Part shown: positions 12,103 through 24,648 of the stretch, piece by piece | How positions within the stretch are numbered: position 1 is the stretch's first letter | Layout: each line of letters starts with the position of its first letter | From: Octopus bimaculoides | Taxonomy: Eukaryota | Reading direction: 5' to 3' | DNA length: 64,000 bases | Assembly (NCBI RefSeq): GCF_001194135.2 | Contig: NC_068986.1 | Coordinates: forward strand, 64,026,465 to 64,090,464 | Program-made: the position numbers and the translations under genes | The notes under the pieces: model-generated | What the model was told of the DNA's origin: nothing | Databases searched by the model: none | Seen by the model: the letters and a program-made list of their open reading frames with translations, nothing else

Positions 12103-12140
12103 CTGGACTGTAGATACATTCAATTTTTTGACTTATAGTC
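12103..12140 (-). other. Predicted 38-nt 5' leader exon of the KCTD gene
   Basis: Acceptor ctttctctcag and donor CAG|gtaagt, both near consensus, same strand and upstream of the KCTD acceptor. No transcript evidence. Confidence 0.55.
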
Positions 12141-13389
12141 CTGAGAGAAAGGTAGCCTTTCTAAAGTAGTAAGCTGAAATAATAAAAGAAGAATCACATA
12201 TTAAATGTTCTGAAAAGGATGTCTTGACCTCGACATACTTTTGTTCTCTAAACCAAAAAAGGCACACATACATACAAAGAAACATTCATACTGGTTATTC
12301 TTCATTTAAACTGTATACATTTCTTACCAAACTAATGTAATGATGAAAAGCCTACATCTCACAGCTGTTTCCGAAACAAAAATAAAATGAACATGAATGT
12401 AGATATATTTATTGCAATGTGTCAATGTTCCGACTGAAATAGCAACAAGATTTTCTCAGGGATGATGCAATAGAATGGTAACAGAAATGGCTGAGTTGTT
12501 TGTATACAGGACTACTAGTTTAAACATAAGCAGTTTTTTGGAGAGTGATCCCTTTTACAGACAACATAACACCTATAAACCTCCGTAGGTGAACATCATT
12601 CAGCAACAACCTATTACAAAATAATCAGCCAGCAGCCAATTATATAAATCCCAGAAGGATGAAAGGCAATATTGACTTTAAGATTTGAAATCACAACATA
12701 AAGGCTTGTAACTAAATCATCATCATCATCATCATCATCATCGTTTAACGTCCGCTTTCCATGCTAACATGGGTTGGACGATTTGACTGAGGACTGGTGA
12801 AACCGGATGGCAACACCAGGCTCCAGTCTGATTTGGCAGAGTTTCTACAGCTGGATGCCCTTCCTAACGCAAGGTATTTTGTTCGACACTCTACAAACTC
12901 ACCACCTTTATACCTTAGCCACTGGTGTTGTGCTGTGTTCCCAAGGTACTAAGTTTTCAACAGCCATGGATCCTAATTAAGTCAAAACTAGATCAACCTT
13001 TAAAAGTAAGAGTATGCAATGGAACAGTTCCTTATTTTATTTTCAGGTAGGCATGAATTCTAGGAATGTTCCTAAGCAACAAGATGATGGCACAGTGTTC
13101 TACTCAAACAACAAAACACAGTGGATTTGAACTTACAATGTATGTGTACTGCTATTCAAATATTTTATCTTTCCAGTTTTACTTCTACTGTAAAACTTGT
13201 ATGAAATATACCATTTGTAGAGGTAAAAACAATGGCAATGATGATATATAGAAAGTCAGAACTCTGGCTATAGATACACAAGACATGGCTGAATTTTGAT
13301 CATATCCATATTCTTTAGAAGGGTTCACTCTTGATTTGTATTAGTCTGAATAACATAATTAGAAGGGGCCTCGACACAGTTAGCTTCCC

Positions 13390-13740
13390 ATCTCAATTGG
13401 AACCAGTAGGTCTTGACCATGGGGTTGGTAGGTATCCCAACAGAATAACCCTCTTCTCATTTGAGTGAGGCAGATCCTTAGCCCAGGATGCAACATGCAG
13501 CAACACATTCTCCGGCTCCAACCTTGCCATATCAGCTGCAAACCCAGATGTTACTGCTTGTAACACAAAAGAGAGAAAATTCAATAAATACAGGGATCTG
13601 ACCAGCTGCTATGAGTTTGTGTAGGTAGCCATTGAGACCTCAGGTGTTCTTGGACTCTGCAAATGAGCCTGCAAAGTGGAATGGCTGCTGCAGTTAAGTG
13701 TCACTGGCCATTCTCTATGGCAATACCATTGCGGTCATGA
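13390..13740 (-). mobile_element. Decayed LINE 3' fragment
   Basis: RVILLGYLPTPWSRPTG resembles LINE C-terminal ..L.G....RP.GRP; weak. Confidence 0.35.
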
Positions 13741-14782
13741 CTGCAAAACCCACTTTTTGTTACAGTTTAAAAAGTGATCAGTTGGTTTAATAAATAATAT
13801 CAAACTGTACATAGAAATAATTTTTATTAACTTCTATTTTGTTCAGTTGCTTTTTTGACTTGTTAGACAATCTTTTCCATAAACACCACAATATCTCATC
13901 TATCTCATTGAACAGAGAGAGATGAGAAATCCTCTATATAGTCATTCGATCTACTAGAAATAGCAGCCAAATGTCCTTCAAAGCACACATTGACTAATGT
14001 GGTCTTGGATGAGCCCGACCATAAGTAAGCAAAATATTCTACAAGGTAATGCTAATATAAAGGAAGAGAATTAAACAACTTTCAAGCAGTTTTTTTTTAA
14101 CAATTGGACAGTGTAATAAAATGCTATAATAATTGAGTTTTGACCAAGAACAAAGGATGATTTTGTAGCAAACAATTCACTAAAATAAACAAAGATTACT
14201 GGTATTTTACCAACTCTGGCAAGACAACAAAGTTTATCTCAAGAGAATGTGAATTCCGAATATTTAAACACTGAATTAGGTACCTTAATGCCTCTAGATC
14301 AGTTCTCCACCTACTGTACACTTCAATAATAATGTTGAATTCACAATTTAGTTGCAACTCTCTAATTATTAAGAAATGTACATCTCAAAATGTTATTGCT
14401 TATAAATCAGAAGTCATTTCGTTTGTAAGAAGTCAACAATAGCAAATATTCTGTATATGTATTACTTATGAATGACCATGCGTAAATGGGCTCTGCCCAA
14501 ATAAGCACAATGATATACAATACATATAATAAACATTGCAAGTCATTTTTAGCTCCCGGTGATTTTAAAAAAACCTGCCTGTAAAATCGGTCCTGGTGAC
14601 AAAACTATGATCAAAGGCATTTCAGCTGTAACCACCTCATTTTTATTTCGGATGTGTATCTAAGACTAGATTATCCAATGTGTCCTGATGGGATTTAAGG
14701 GTGATTTGGCTGCTATTACAAGCAGGCTGAAAGACAATGTTCAGTTCACTTTGGAATGTATATCTACAACTATTTTTCTTAC

Positions 14783-14874
14783 CTATCGAAACGTTTGAAC
14801 AGTTTGCAGTCCTGCCACAAGCCGTAGGATACTTTGTAGTGGAGAAGAATAGTCCTGACATGCAATAGGTCGAC
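14783..14874 (-). other. Predicted 92-nt upstream exon of the KCTD transcript (carries most of a 32-aa uORF)
   Basis: Acceptor ttttattaatttacag, donor TAG|gtaaga; higher GC/CpG than flanks; all three frames open within the exon up to the terminal TAG. Confidence 0.6.
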
Positions 14875-14899
14875 CTGTAAATTAATAAAATATTTATCG

Positions 14900-17400
14900 T
14901 AATAAAGTTAATCTAGATACATCCACTCTTTGTAAAAACAGATACACCCTTTGGGGAAAGAGAGAAAAAATACATATAACAGAGCCGCGGAAAATTATGA
15001 AAATAAATAATCTTTCGTAAATGTTATGGATTTTAGCAAGTAATGTTAATTATATGAACACTAACTGAGCCATCTTGCTAATTGAAGAAGGATAAGCCAG
15101 ACAGGTTTGTTACTACATCAATTGTGTGTATATCAGCAAAAGAGGGGCAAGACCCAACCATCACGCAGATAGATCAGATATGACAAAGAATGTTTATCTT
15201 TTTTCTAAATTTCTAGTTTGCTTTGCTAAGCTACGGCATGAAATTCTTAAAATCAAGCGTTAAATTAAGGCTAGCAAAACGGTGAAAAGATCAAGAGCAA
15301 ATAGTTTCTTTTATGTTATTTAATGCTAAACAGATCTGTGTCTCTTTTTCTGAAAACAATGGTAATGCTATATGGGGAAGGGGGATCATTTGTGATAAAA
15401 AGACAAATCTGTCTCCTTAAAAATAATAAGCGGAGATCCAGTATATTTTAGTAAACAAATTAAGCGATTACTGTCTTGGAAGCTAAACCGGGAGCTACCG
15501 TTGCGAGGAAAAAAAAAAAAAGATTCTGCGATATAATCCTCTTTAAATAAATCACCTTTCTACTGGTTGCCCGACAGCTGAATGCTTCGATAAGCACTAT
15601 GGAAATCAGGAGGTTAAAATGTAGTTAATTAGTGTATCAGATCAATTAAACAGACAACACACCAGACTGTAAATAAATAATTAGAAATACTATAACCTAT
15701 TGTAATTTAAAAGACATACAATAACGTTGTTTATCGTCAGTGAACTAACAACAGCAAAAACCATGAGGTGGTGGAATTAACAATCTGGCTAAAAGTGGGA
15801 AAGATATGGGTAAATGTACTTAAAAGGGTCGTTACCTTATAAAAGTTGAACAGGAATAAATAAAATGAAAGAGGCAGCAAATTGAACAAGTTGTTAAAAC
15901 GTTAAATTGTAGTTAAAAGATTGTAGTAGAAAACATCAATAAACATATACATGCACCTAGAATAAGTCTTCTTCACCAGGCGGTATTAACAATCTATGAG
16001 TTCACATTTTCAAAGGCATGAACAGCTAGTGGTTTTTGTGATTTTTCTGTTAGCCTTTTACTTTTTTCTTTTTCAAAATAAGCAGAGTTAAAGCGAGCAA
16101 TTTCAGAAATACTAATAAATTCCATCTTGGAACCAACAAGGTAATATTGTATTGCAAAATATAACTCCACTGATTTAACGATCATGAATGCATTAATTTT
16201 GAATTTATAAAAATAAATCTTATCAAGACCGACCAAGTGCTTGTAATACTTCTAGTGATAGATGAACATAACATGTAACCCTTTAGAATATTAGTGCTGA
16301 GTTTACAAAAAGAAATGATTGTTAGATCTTATTACAGAGAAGATATGTCAGCCAAGAAACAAACTATGAAAAATTATATATATATATGTGTCAATGGTAA
16401 CTTACCAGTCATTCTTGTTTAAAAGAAATATCTAGCAACAGTAGTTTTGAATAAATAAAATTTGAAATGTTGTTTGAGTTCGAGTATTGGAAATTGGAGA
16501 TAAGCCAGGTTTAATTTTGATAGGTCCGAATTGTAGAGTTTATAGATGGGAAAGAAAAAATACGGAGTTACTGGTAGACATAAGATACATATTAATGTGG
16601 AATTTAAAGAATACTGGTTGGGAAGAGTGAGAAAGGTTGAATGCCGAGATAAATACAGCTGAGAGAGAACGAGAAGGACAGAGAAGTGGAGATATAGCAG
16701 CCGTCAGTGATGTTAAGCATTTTACACAATCAAGTATCAAACTGGATTGTTTACGTGGAAGGGAAGGAGAGAAAAACGAAAACATGTTTGCAAATCAGGA
16801 AAGAGGCTATTTTTCTAATGTGAAGAGTATGACTATTTATATATATATATATATATACATGTCTTTAAATATCCAAAATGACTGACTACAGCTAAGGCAG
16901 CCGTGCCTTTCTTGAGAGATCTTGATATCGCACGGCTGCCATGAAAAGATAGGGGTAACGCATGCGCAACATAACACCACCAAACTCTCTCTCTCTCTCT
17001 CTCTCTTTCTTTCTCTCGCTCAATTCCAGACTCTCTTTTAGCTGGCATTCGTTAATACAACATCTGTTGCTTTTTAATTATTCCTAAATTACTTACCTGA
17101 CATTGGAAAAGTTAAATTTATTGACCTGTCAGAACTTCCAACAATAAAAACGTTTAATTCAAAGTCACATCACTTTGTCTACAACTCTAATGCCATCGGG
17201 GTGCGATGAGCATCACATTTCCCTTCCCTTTTCTCATTATATAAATATATTTTTCCCGTTACGACAATCAAATGTCATTTGACCTTTTCAGTGCACTGTT
17301 TTCTGGAAGGGTTCGATATTTATAGATTGCGATGCTGTTGATATTGTCGGGACTTGGCTTATTTTATTTTATTTTATTTTATTTTTAGTTGATAATACGA
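14900..17400 (-). promoter_or_regulatory. Probable promoter / alternative first-exon region of the KCTD gene
   Basis: TE-poor and CpG-retaining, with consensus minus-strand donors gtaagt at 16405-16400 and 17096-17091 and a (CT)n tract at ~16985. Confidence 0.4.
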
Positions 17401-18737
17401 TTACATAGAATTTAAAATGCTTGAGGGAAATTCATTAAAAATAAAAAAAAGCCCATAAAATCGAAATACAACTTGTATTTTTTTTGTTTCTGGGGAATTA
17501 AAATGAAATGAAAATAGAACTATAAATAAATTTCAGTGACTAAATTCGTGGAAAATAACAATTGTGTTGATCCTGCCATCAAAAAATATCGAATTGAGTC
17601 CTCGTTTTGTTGGAATTGCCGTGGTGATATGGTCAGCATCATCAGTTTCCTTCTTCCTATGTTTTTCCTGTCAATACTTATTTCTTTAGTAATTTCTGAC
17701 ATTGACCCAAGGTAACATTTGCCCAAGGATGTATGGAGATGACTATTTGTAGAAAATAAGGATGTGCAAAGATGATGAAGGTGTATTAGTTTTCCTCTAT
17801 TTCTCACATACCACCAGTAGACTTCGGAAAGACTTCCTCCCGCACCACTTTTCTCCCAAATTTGTTTATTTAAAAATTTTTTTCCCCCGTTTTAGGATAC
17901 GGAGGTTCCGGAAATTTGCCAACAATCGGCATTGTTAAATTTCCCTCACCCTCACCCCAAATTCTTCAATTTTGACTTTTTCCCCAACACTAACCCTAAC
18001 CCTAAAATCTTAACCGTAACTACAGAAATGTTTTGAAATTTTTGTCTGAATCATAATGTCCGTGTTTTTCTGCATATTTAGAAGAAAAAAATTCTTAAAA
18101 AACAATTTTTGGTAATTTTTTTCAGAATCATAATCTCCATATTTTCCCGTATATTTTGGAGAAAAAAATTCTGAAAGAAGTAAAAAATGGGGGAAATGGG
18201 AGTGGGGATAATTTTAATATGCCGATTTTTGCCAATTTTTTTCAGATTCGTATTCCCTGTAGCCGAAAAGGTGGGGTTTGTGTCGGAAAAAAAAATTTTT
18301 TTTAGGGTGGTTGGTGGGGGGGGGCAGAAATCTTGCCTAGCCTTCTTCCTATCTAAGCAGCATTTGTTCTTATAAATGTAGTAAAATACATGTGTAAACA
18401 TAAATTTTGGGATTCAACCACCTGCATATGCCCAAAGTTGGGTGTTGGCAAGGCTGGCTTAGGAGGTATGGGGCCCAATTGGGAACAGTTTTGGTGGGCT
18501 CCAGGTTCCCAGTCAACTTGCACCTCGGAAATTCCCTCTGCCCCACCTTGGAGTTATTTTTTTTCTCGTTCTGCTTTCAGGTGCTATCAACTAATTTCGC
18601 TTCCTAATATACTGCAGAGGACTTTTTTCTCCTTTGCGGCATATTAGGTGATCAGAATAGTGGCTGTTTTGTATGTTTAATAACTGCTGTTTCTAGTATA
18701 CTAAACAGCCACGTTAAGGACGGGCTGCCTTTTAGTT

Positions 18738-21700
18738 TGTAGCGTGGCACAAGTAGCCAGCACCATTTTGTATGAGATCTCGCTGGCAGCCATTATCTTG
18801 TCAGAGACAAGAACAAGATTTCGTGTACAACTGTTTGCCATGCACGGCGCCACAATGAGGCTCTCCTCGACAACGACTACTTAAACAGGTGCAAAAGATG
18901 TTCAAACTTTCTTAGTCTTCTCCAGCTTGCTTACGCTGAGAGACATTACGAAGCAGGCAGTTACAGTGGACGCTAACCTGCTCTAACCACATCTGTTATT
19001 CTCCTCATGTGAATGGAGATATCCCAAGCCATGCGCTGCCATGAAGATGGACACCGGGAATGGGACACAAGCCCACCGCTGCATCCATCTCTGTTCGTTC
19101 AAGTTGTCAGGAAACTAGTTACGGAAGATTCAGGCCCATCAGATTCTTCCCGCAAATTTTCATCTCATCGTGCATTCTATGTTAAGGATCGTGTGTCTAA
19201 CAAATCGTTCATGGTTAATCATGTGTCTAACAAATCATTCCAGCTGTTCTATTTGGCCTTTGCGTCTTACTTCAGACAAGCTGAAGCAATCTGCCATTAA
19301 CCTGCACACAGTGAATCTATCCCCGATAAAAACTTACGGCCAAATCTTATTACGCCTAGATCTCAACCTTCGAAAGGATTTTAGGTGGGTTTTTGTTATA
19401 GCAGATCTACCATATCCCATTTTGGGGCGCGGACTTCTTAAACCACTTTCACTTATTAGTAGATGTCAGGCGACAGAAGCTCATGAATGATTCTATGTCT
19501 TTGTTTACGCCTACTCGGGTTACTACTAATGCTGTTTTCAGCCCATCATTTTTTGTCGCCACTGTTGGTGACCAGTTCCACTCCCTTTTGGCTTCTTTTC
19601 CAGAGCTGGTGGATCCGACTTTCAAATCAGTCAAAGTCACACACTTGACTCGCCATTATATCACTACTTCTGGACCACCCGTTTTTTCACGTCCACAGCA
19701 ACTCGCCCCTGACTGGCTCAAGAAGGCTCAATCTGAGTTTGAGCATATGCTTCAACTCAGCCTTATTTGCCCCTCCACCAGCCCTTGGACATCTCCTCTA
19801 CATTTGGCATGGAAAGGGATTCAGATTTTTGCCTGGTGGGGGATTACAGACATTTGAATGTGATCACTGTTCCTGATCGCTATCCTATAAGGAATCTCCA
19901 AGATTTTTCTCCAAACTTGCATGGTTGTACTATTTTTTCCGAGCTTATCATCAAATTCCAATGAACCCTGATGACATTCCCAAAATTGCTGTTACCACCC
20001 CCTTTGGAAGTTTATGAGCTTTGGTTTGTAGAATGCAATGAGCACATTCCAGAGGTTTATTGACAAAGTTGTCTGTGGACTTGACTTTGTGTTCACTTAC
20101 ATTGATGATTTGTTCACAACTAGCGACATGCATGAAAATCACCTCCAACAGTTATCTCAACTTTTTCAGCGTCTTCACACCTACAATGTGCAAATCAGCC
20201 CTGATAAGTGTGTTTTCGGACAGACCTGTCTGGAATTTCTAGGTCATTATATCAACTCTAATAGTATCCCACCTCTCTCCTCCAAAGTCAATGCAATTCA
20301 ATGCATCTCACCTCCCACTTCTCTATGCGAATTGCGTCACTTCTTGGGAATCGCCAACTTTTACAGGAGATTCATACATAAATGTGCAGACAAGTTACTC
20401 CCCTAACTCAACTACTGAAAGCAAATACAAAAAAAATGCTCCTATTACTCTATCTGCCGAGGCATTATCTTCTTTTGAGTCAATCAAGAAGGAAATAGCT
20501 TCTGTTCCTTTGCTTGCACATCCGGTTCCTGATGCTTGTCTCTCTTTAACAGTTGATGCATCAGATTCTGCGGTTGGTGCTGTTTTGCAACATACCGTCG
20601 ACAATCAAACTCGACCTTTGATATTTTTTCTCATCAATTACAGCCAGCTGAACCTCATTACAGCACATTTGATCCAGTTTCCAATGGGATGGTTGAACGA
20701 TTTCACAGGCAACTGAAGGCCGCTCTATGTGCCACTCCTGATCCACAGTCTTGGACAGAATTCCTACCTATCGTTCTTCTTGGTTATCGCACTGCTGTTA
20801 AAGCAGACTTAGGTTTCTCCTCTGCTGAACTCCTTTATGGTACCATTCTGGCACTCCCTGGTATAATGTTGGCGCCAGACAATTCATCGCGTCCTGATCC
20901 AACGTCATATGTCACCAGACTTCGCTTGTATTTCTCAAGTCCTCCACCCATGCATCTGCATGACCAGTCTATTCCTTCTCTCGTCCCACTGGACATTGAC
21001 AAATGGACTCATGTTTTTGTTCAGGATGATTCTGTCAGAGGACCTCTCATTTCTCCTTATAAAGGACCATTTCATGTGCTATTGCGCACACCCAAAACTT
21101 TTAGTTTCAACATCAATGGTCGGGTAGAGACTATGTCGGTCAACAGACTTAAAAGGGCACATTTTGAGGTGTCCACACCCTTTGATGACACCCCAACCAC
21201 GCCCACTTTTGATCCTTTACAAACACCTACACACCCACCTGCACACCATCACCTGCACATGCACCTTTGATCACACCATCACCTATACCTCCAACTTCAT
21301 CACCACAACCTAACATGAACAAACTCTAAGTCACCAGGACAGGCTGCACTGTGAATTGGCCCAAAAAACTCACCAGAACTATTTACATCTAAGTGGTTTT
21401 TTTCTCTGTGACAGACAATTGTTTTCTCATGTGCTGAACAATTCTAATGCCTTCCCATTGAACTTTGTCAAAAAGTTTTGTGCATGCCCCTTTTATATTG
21501 CTTATAATTATTTTTCTCAAACTTATCACATTTTTATTATATTTTGTACCACATCTTGTTGTTTGCGATTGGTAGCCATCTTTGTTTTCTTGTGCCTGCT
21601 CCAGTCATTCTAATTTTGCACTAGCATTCTCAGGGAGAAGCCCTTGTAGCATGGCACAAGTAGCCAGCGTCATTTTGTACGAGATCTCACTGGTAGCCAA

Positions 21701-21872
21701 TATCTTGTCCGAGACAAGAACGAGATCTTGTGTACAACTGTTTGCCATGCACGGCACCACAATGAGGCTCTCTTCGACAACGACTACTTAAGCAGGTGCA
21801 AAAGATGTTCAAACTCTCTTAGTCTTCTCCAGCTTGCTTACACTGAGAGACACTACGAAGCAGGCAGCTACA
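18738..21872 (+). mobile_element. Internally deleted Gypsy LTR retrotransposon with two 228-bp LTRs
   Basis: LTRs 18738-18965 and 21645-21872 (TG..CA, ~19 mismatches by hand count). Gag end AHRCIHLCSF.LSGN, decayed protease, RT (DYRHLN..TVPDRYPI, YIDD), RNase H (DASDSAVGAVLQ), integrase C-half (NGMVERFHRQLK). Purine tract before the 3' LTR. Confidence 0.92.
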
Positions 21873-21992
21873 GCAGACTCTAACCTGGTCTAACCACATC
21901 TGTTATTCTCCAGAGATGATGTACCTCACGTGAATGGAGATATCACAAGCCATGCGCTGCCATGAAGATGGACACTGGGAATGGGACACAAG
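21873..21992 (+). repeat. Start of a second tandem unit of the same Gypsy element
   Basis: The sequence after the 3' LTR repeats 18966-19071 (ctaacc..acatctgttattctc..gggaatgggacacaag). Confidence 0.8.
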
Positions 21993-22192
21993 ATCAGGAA
22001 TCACAATAAACAATTATTGAATTGCATCCGCTTGTGAGGTTCTTCTTTTGCATTTCAGATCCTTAAGAAAGAAAATAATTACAATGGGAGAAGGTGATAC
22101 TCTACTGGTATCATGAGCCTTTCTTTCCCTTATAAGTTTATTTAAAACAGACTATAATGTGTGTGTGTGTGTATATATGTATGAATGTGTAT

Positions 22193-22239
<47 letters not shown>

Positions 22240-22734
22240 GGAGAAATATGTATGGCACTGTGTTGGTGTCACGTAAAAGCATCCAATCCACACTGTAAAG
22301 TGGTGACGTTAGGAAGGGTATCCAGCCATTGAAACAATGCTTCTGTTTGGTGCCATGTAAAAGCATTCAGTCCATGCTGTAAAGTTGTGACATTAGGAAG
22401 GGCATCTAGCTGTTGAAACTATGCTACTGTGCGGTCCTACACAAAAGCGCTCAGTCCACGCTGCAAAGTGGTGGCGTTAGGAAGGACATCCAGCCATTAA
22501 AATCATGTTCCCATGCAATACCATGTAAAAACACTGAATCCATGCTGTAAAGTGGTGGCGTTAGGAAGGGCATCCAGCCACAAAAGCCATGCCAAACCAG
22601 ACGGGTGCCAGATGTAGCGCCCGGCTTGTTGGCCCCTGTCAAACCATCTAGCCCATACCAGCATGGAAAACATGTTAAATCTTGATGATGATGATATGCA
22701 TATATAGATACACATATGTATATATTTATATGGG

Positions 22735-22796
<62 letters not shown>

Positions 22797-23047
22797 CATA
22801 TATATGTGTGTGTGTGTGTGTGGTAACTTTCTGAAGCATGGATAATTTGTTAATAAAATTTTCTACACATATGTCTCAGATGGTGTGGATTACGATTATA
22901 TTGGAATTTGTTGTGTAAAGCATTTCCCCCCACTCTTTTAAATAAACTTAAAGGTAGACCTTCCTCAACATGGTTGTTTAGTATGCTAGAAATAGCAGTT
23001 ACTAAGCATAAAAACAGCCACTAATCTGATCTCCTAATTTGCCACAA

Positions 23048-23265
23048 AGAGGGAAAAAAGTCTTTTGCCGTATACTTGGAGCCAAGATTAGTTGGTAGCG
23101 CATGAAAAAAGAAAACGAGGAAAAATATAACTCCAGGGTGAGAGGGGGATTCCAAGGGCCCACCCTACTCCGATTTTGGTGGGAAAAAGTCTTTGCGGTA
23201 TATTAAGAGATGAGATTAGTTGATGGCACAAAAAAGAAAAAAACGAGGAAACACATTATTTCTCA
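23048..23265. repeat. Diverged ~80-bp direct repeat (2 copies)
   Basis: gggaaaaa.gtcttt..cgtata....gag....gattagttg.t.gc..a.aaaaagaaaa..cgaggaaa occurs twice, separated by a GC-rich spacer. Confidence 0.6.
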
Positions 23266-23607
23266 CCAAAATTGAGTTGGGTGTTGTTAAACTATAAATT
23301 TTAACTACATCTAAGCTACGCTTTTTAAAAATATTCTGCCAAAACACAGAAAGAAATTTAACAAGATCCCAAATAAACTTTTATTTACTGCATGTTATTA
23401 TGCTAAAAGAGATCTACATAAAATGCAGATTAATAATAATCATTAATTAGAATTTTTCAGAAGCTGGTTATATGCTTATTGATTATTTTTTGTGCATAAG
23501 CTCTATTGTAAGACACTGTCTTGTCTGTGTGGCAGGAACTTTGTTCCTTAACTATGTTTCTGGATTTAGCACCAGTGTGTGATACCAAATGTCTCTTACT
23601 ATAGCCC

Positions 23608-23645
<38 letters not shown>

Positions 23646-24127
23646 TGTGTCCATGTGTGTGTGTGGGAGTGTGTGGCTGTGTGTTTGTGCTTGTCCAAAA
23701 CCTGAATGAATGCCATTGCAAAGAGATTTTCTCTTTTGAACAAGCGACAAGAAATTTTATCTCACCTACTGCATCTTTCTCTCTCTCACTATACACACAT
23801 ACACATGCACACGTGTGTGTATATATGCAATTCCCAACAAAATAAAAATACATATACATACAATAATACACATAAATACGACCTCAACCAAAACCATTAT
23901 CAAAAATAATTGAACTTTTAACCTTTAACCATTGTAGCCAAAATACTGAGAACTGAATTCTTTTACACATACACATCCATTTATCCTTTTGCTTTTATCA
24001 TTTTCTATTTATTTATTTATTTGATATATTTTGCTTTCTTTAATACATACATACATACATACATCATCGTTTAACGTCTGCTTTCCATGCTAGCATGGGT
24101 TGGACTACATATATACATAAATATATA

Positions 24128-24408
24128 TGAGTTCAGCAAAAATTTAGATTCAGATGAATATGGTACTTAAGTTGAAGCACCAGAATTTAGTACGGTATTA
24201 TCCATACAATTTCAAAATAAGGTGATTAGAATCAAAATAAGCAACAAGGATATCCAGAGGTAATGCAACACGATTGTTTCACGCAGCTCCATTTAATTGA
24301 ACAATGCAACCATTACATCAGTTTAAATGCAGAGCAATCCTCAGCTGTACAAAGACATAGAACTTAATCAAATTAAAACAGATGGACACATTAGTATAAT
24401 TTTGCCTA
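24128..24408 (-). mobile_element. Short hammerhead-containing element, copy B (degenerate ribozyme at 24262-24351)
   Basis: Minus strand tgtacag-CTGAGGA-ttgctct...ggagctgcgt-GAAAC-aatc-GTG-ttgca; colinear with 1243-1510; 3' end abuts a TA-rich microsatellite. Confidence 0.72.
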
Positions 24409-24488
24409 AAATCTCCAAGAAGTTAAGGGGATAGACAAAGAACATTGTTGCCCTTCCTTACACTTAGAAGCAACATAAATATATGTAT

Positions 24489-24519
<31 letters not shown>

Positions 24520-24533
24520 CACGCACACACACG

Positions 24534-24597
<64 letters not shown>

Positions 24598-24648
24598 TAC
24601 ATATATATATAAATATACATATATACCTATATATATATATATATATAA

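Noticed and set aside
17800-18650. Additional KCTD first exon (donor GTG|gtatgt at ~17810) and ETS-like ttccggaa
   Set aside because: It borders a CCCTAA-containing, repeat-like block resembling 51380-51620, so it is more likely TE-derived.
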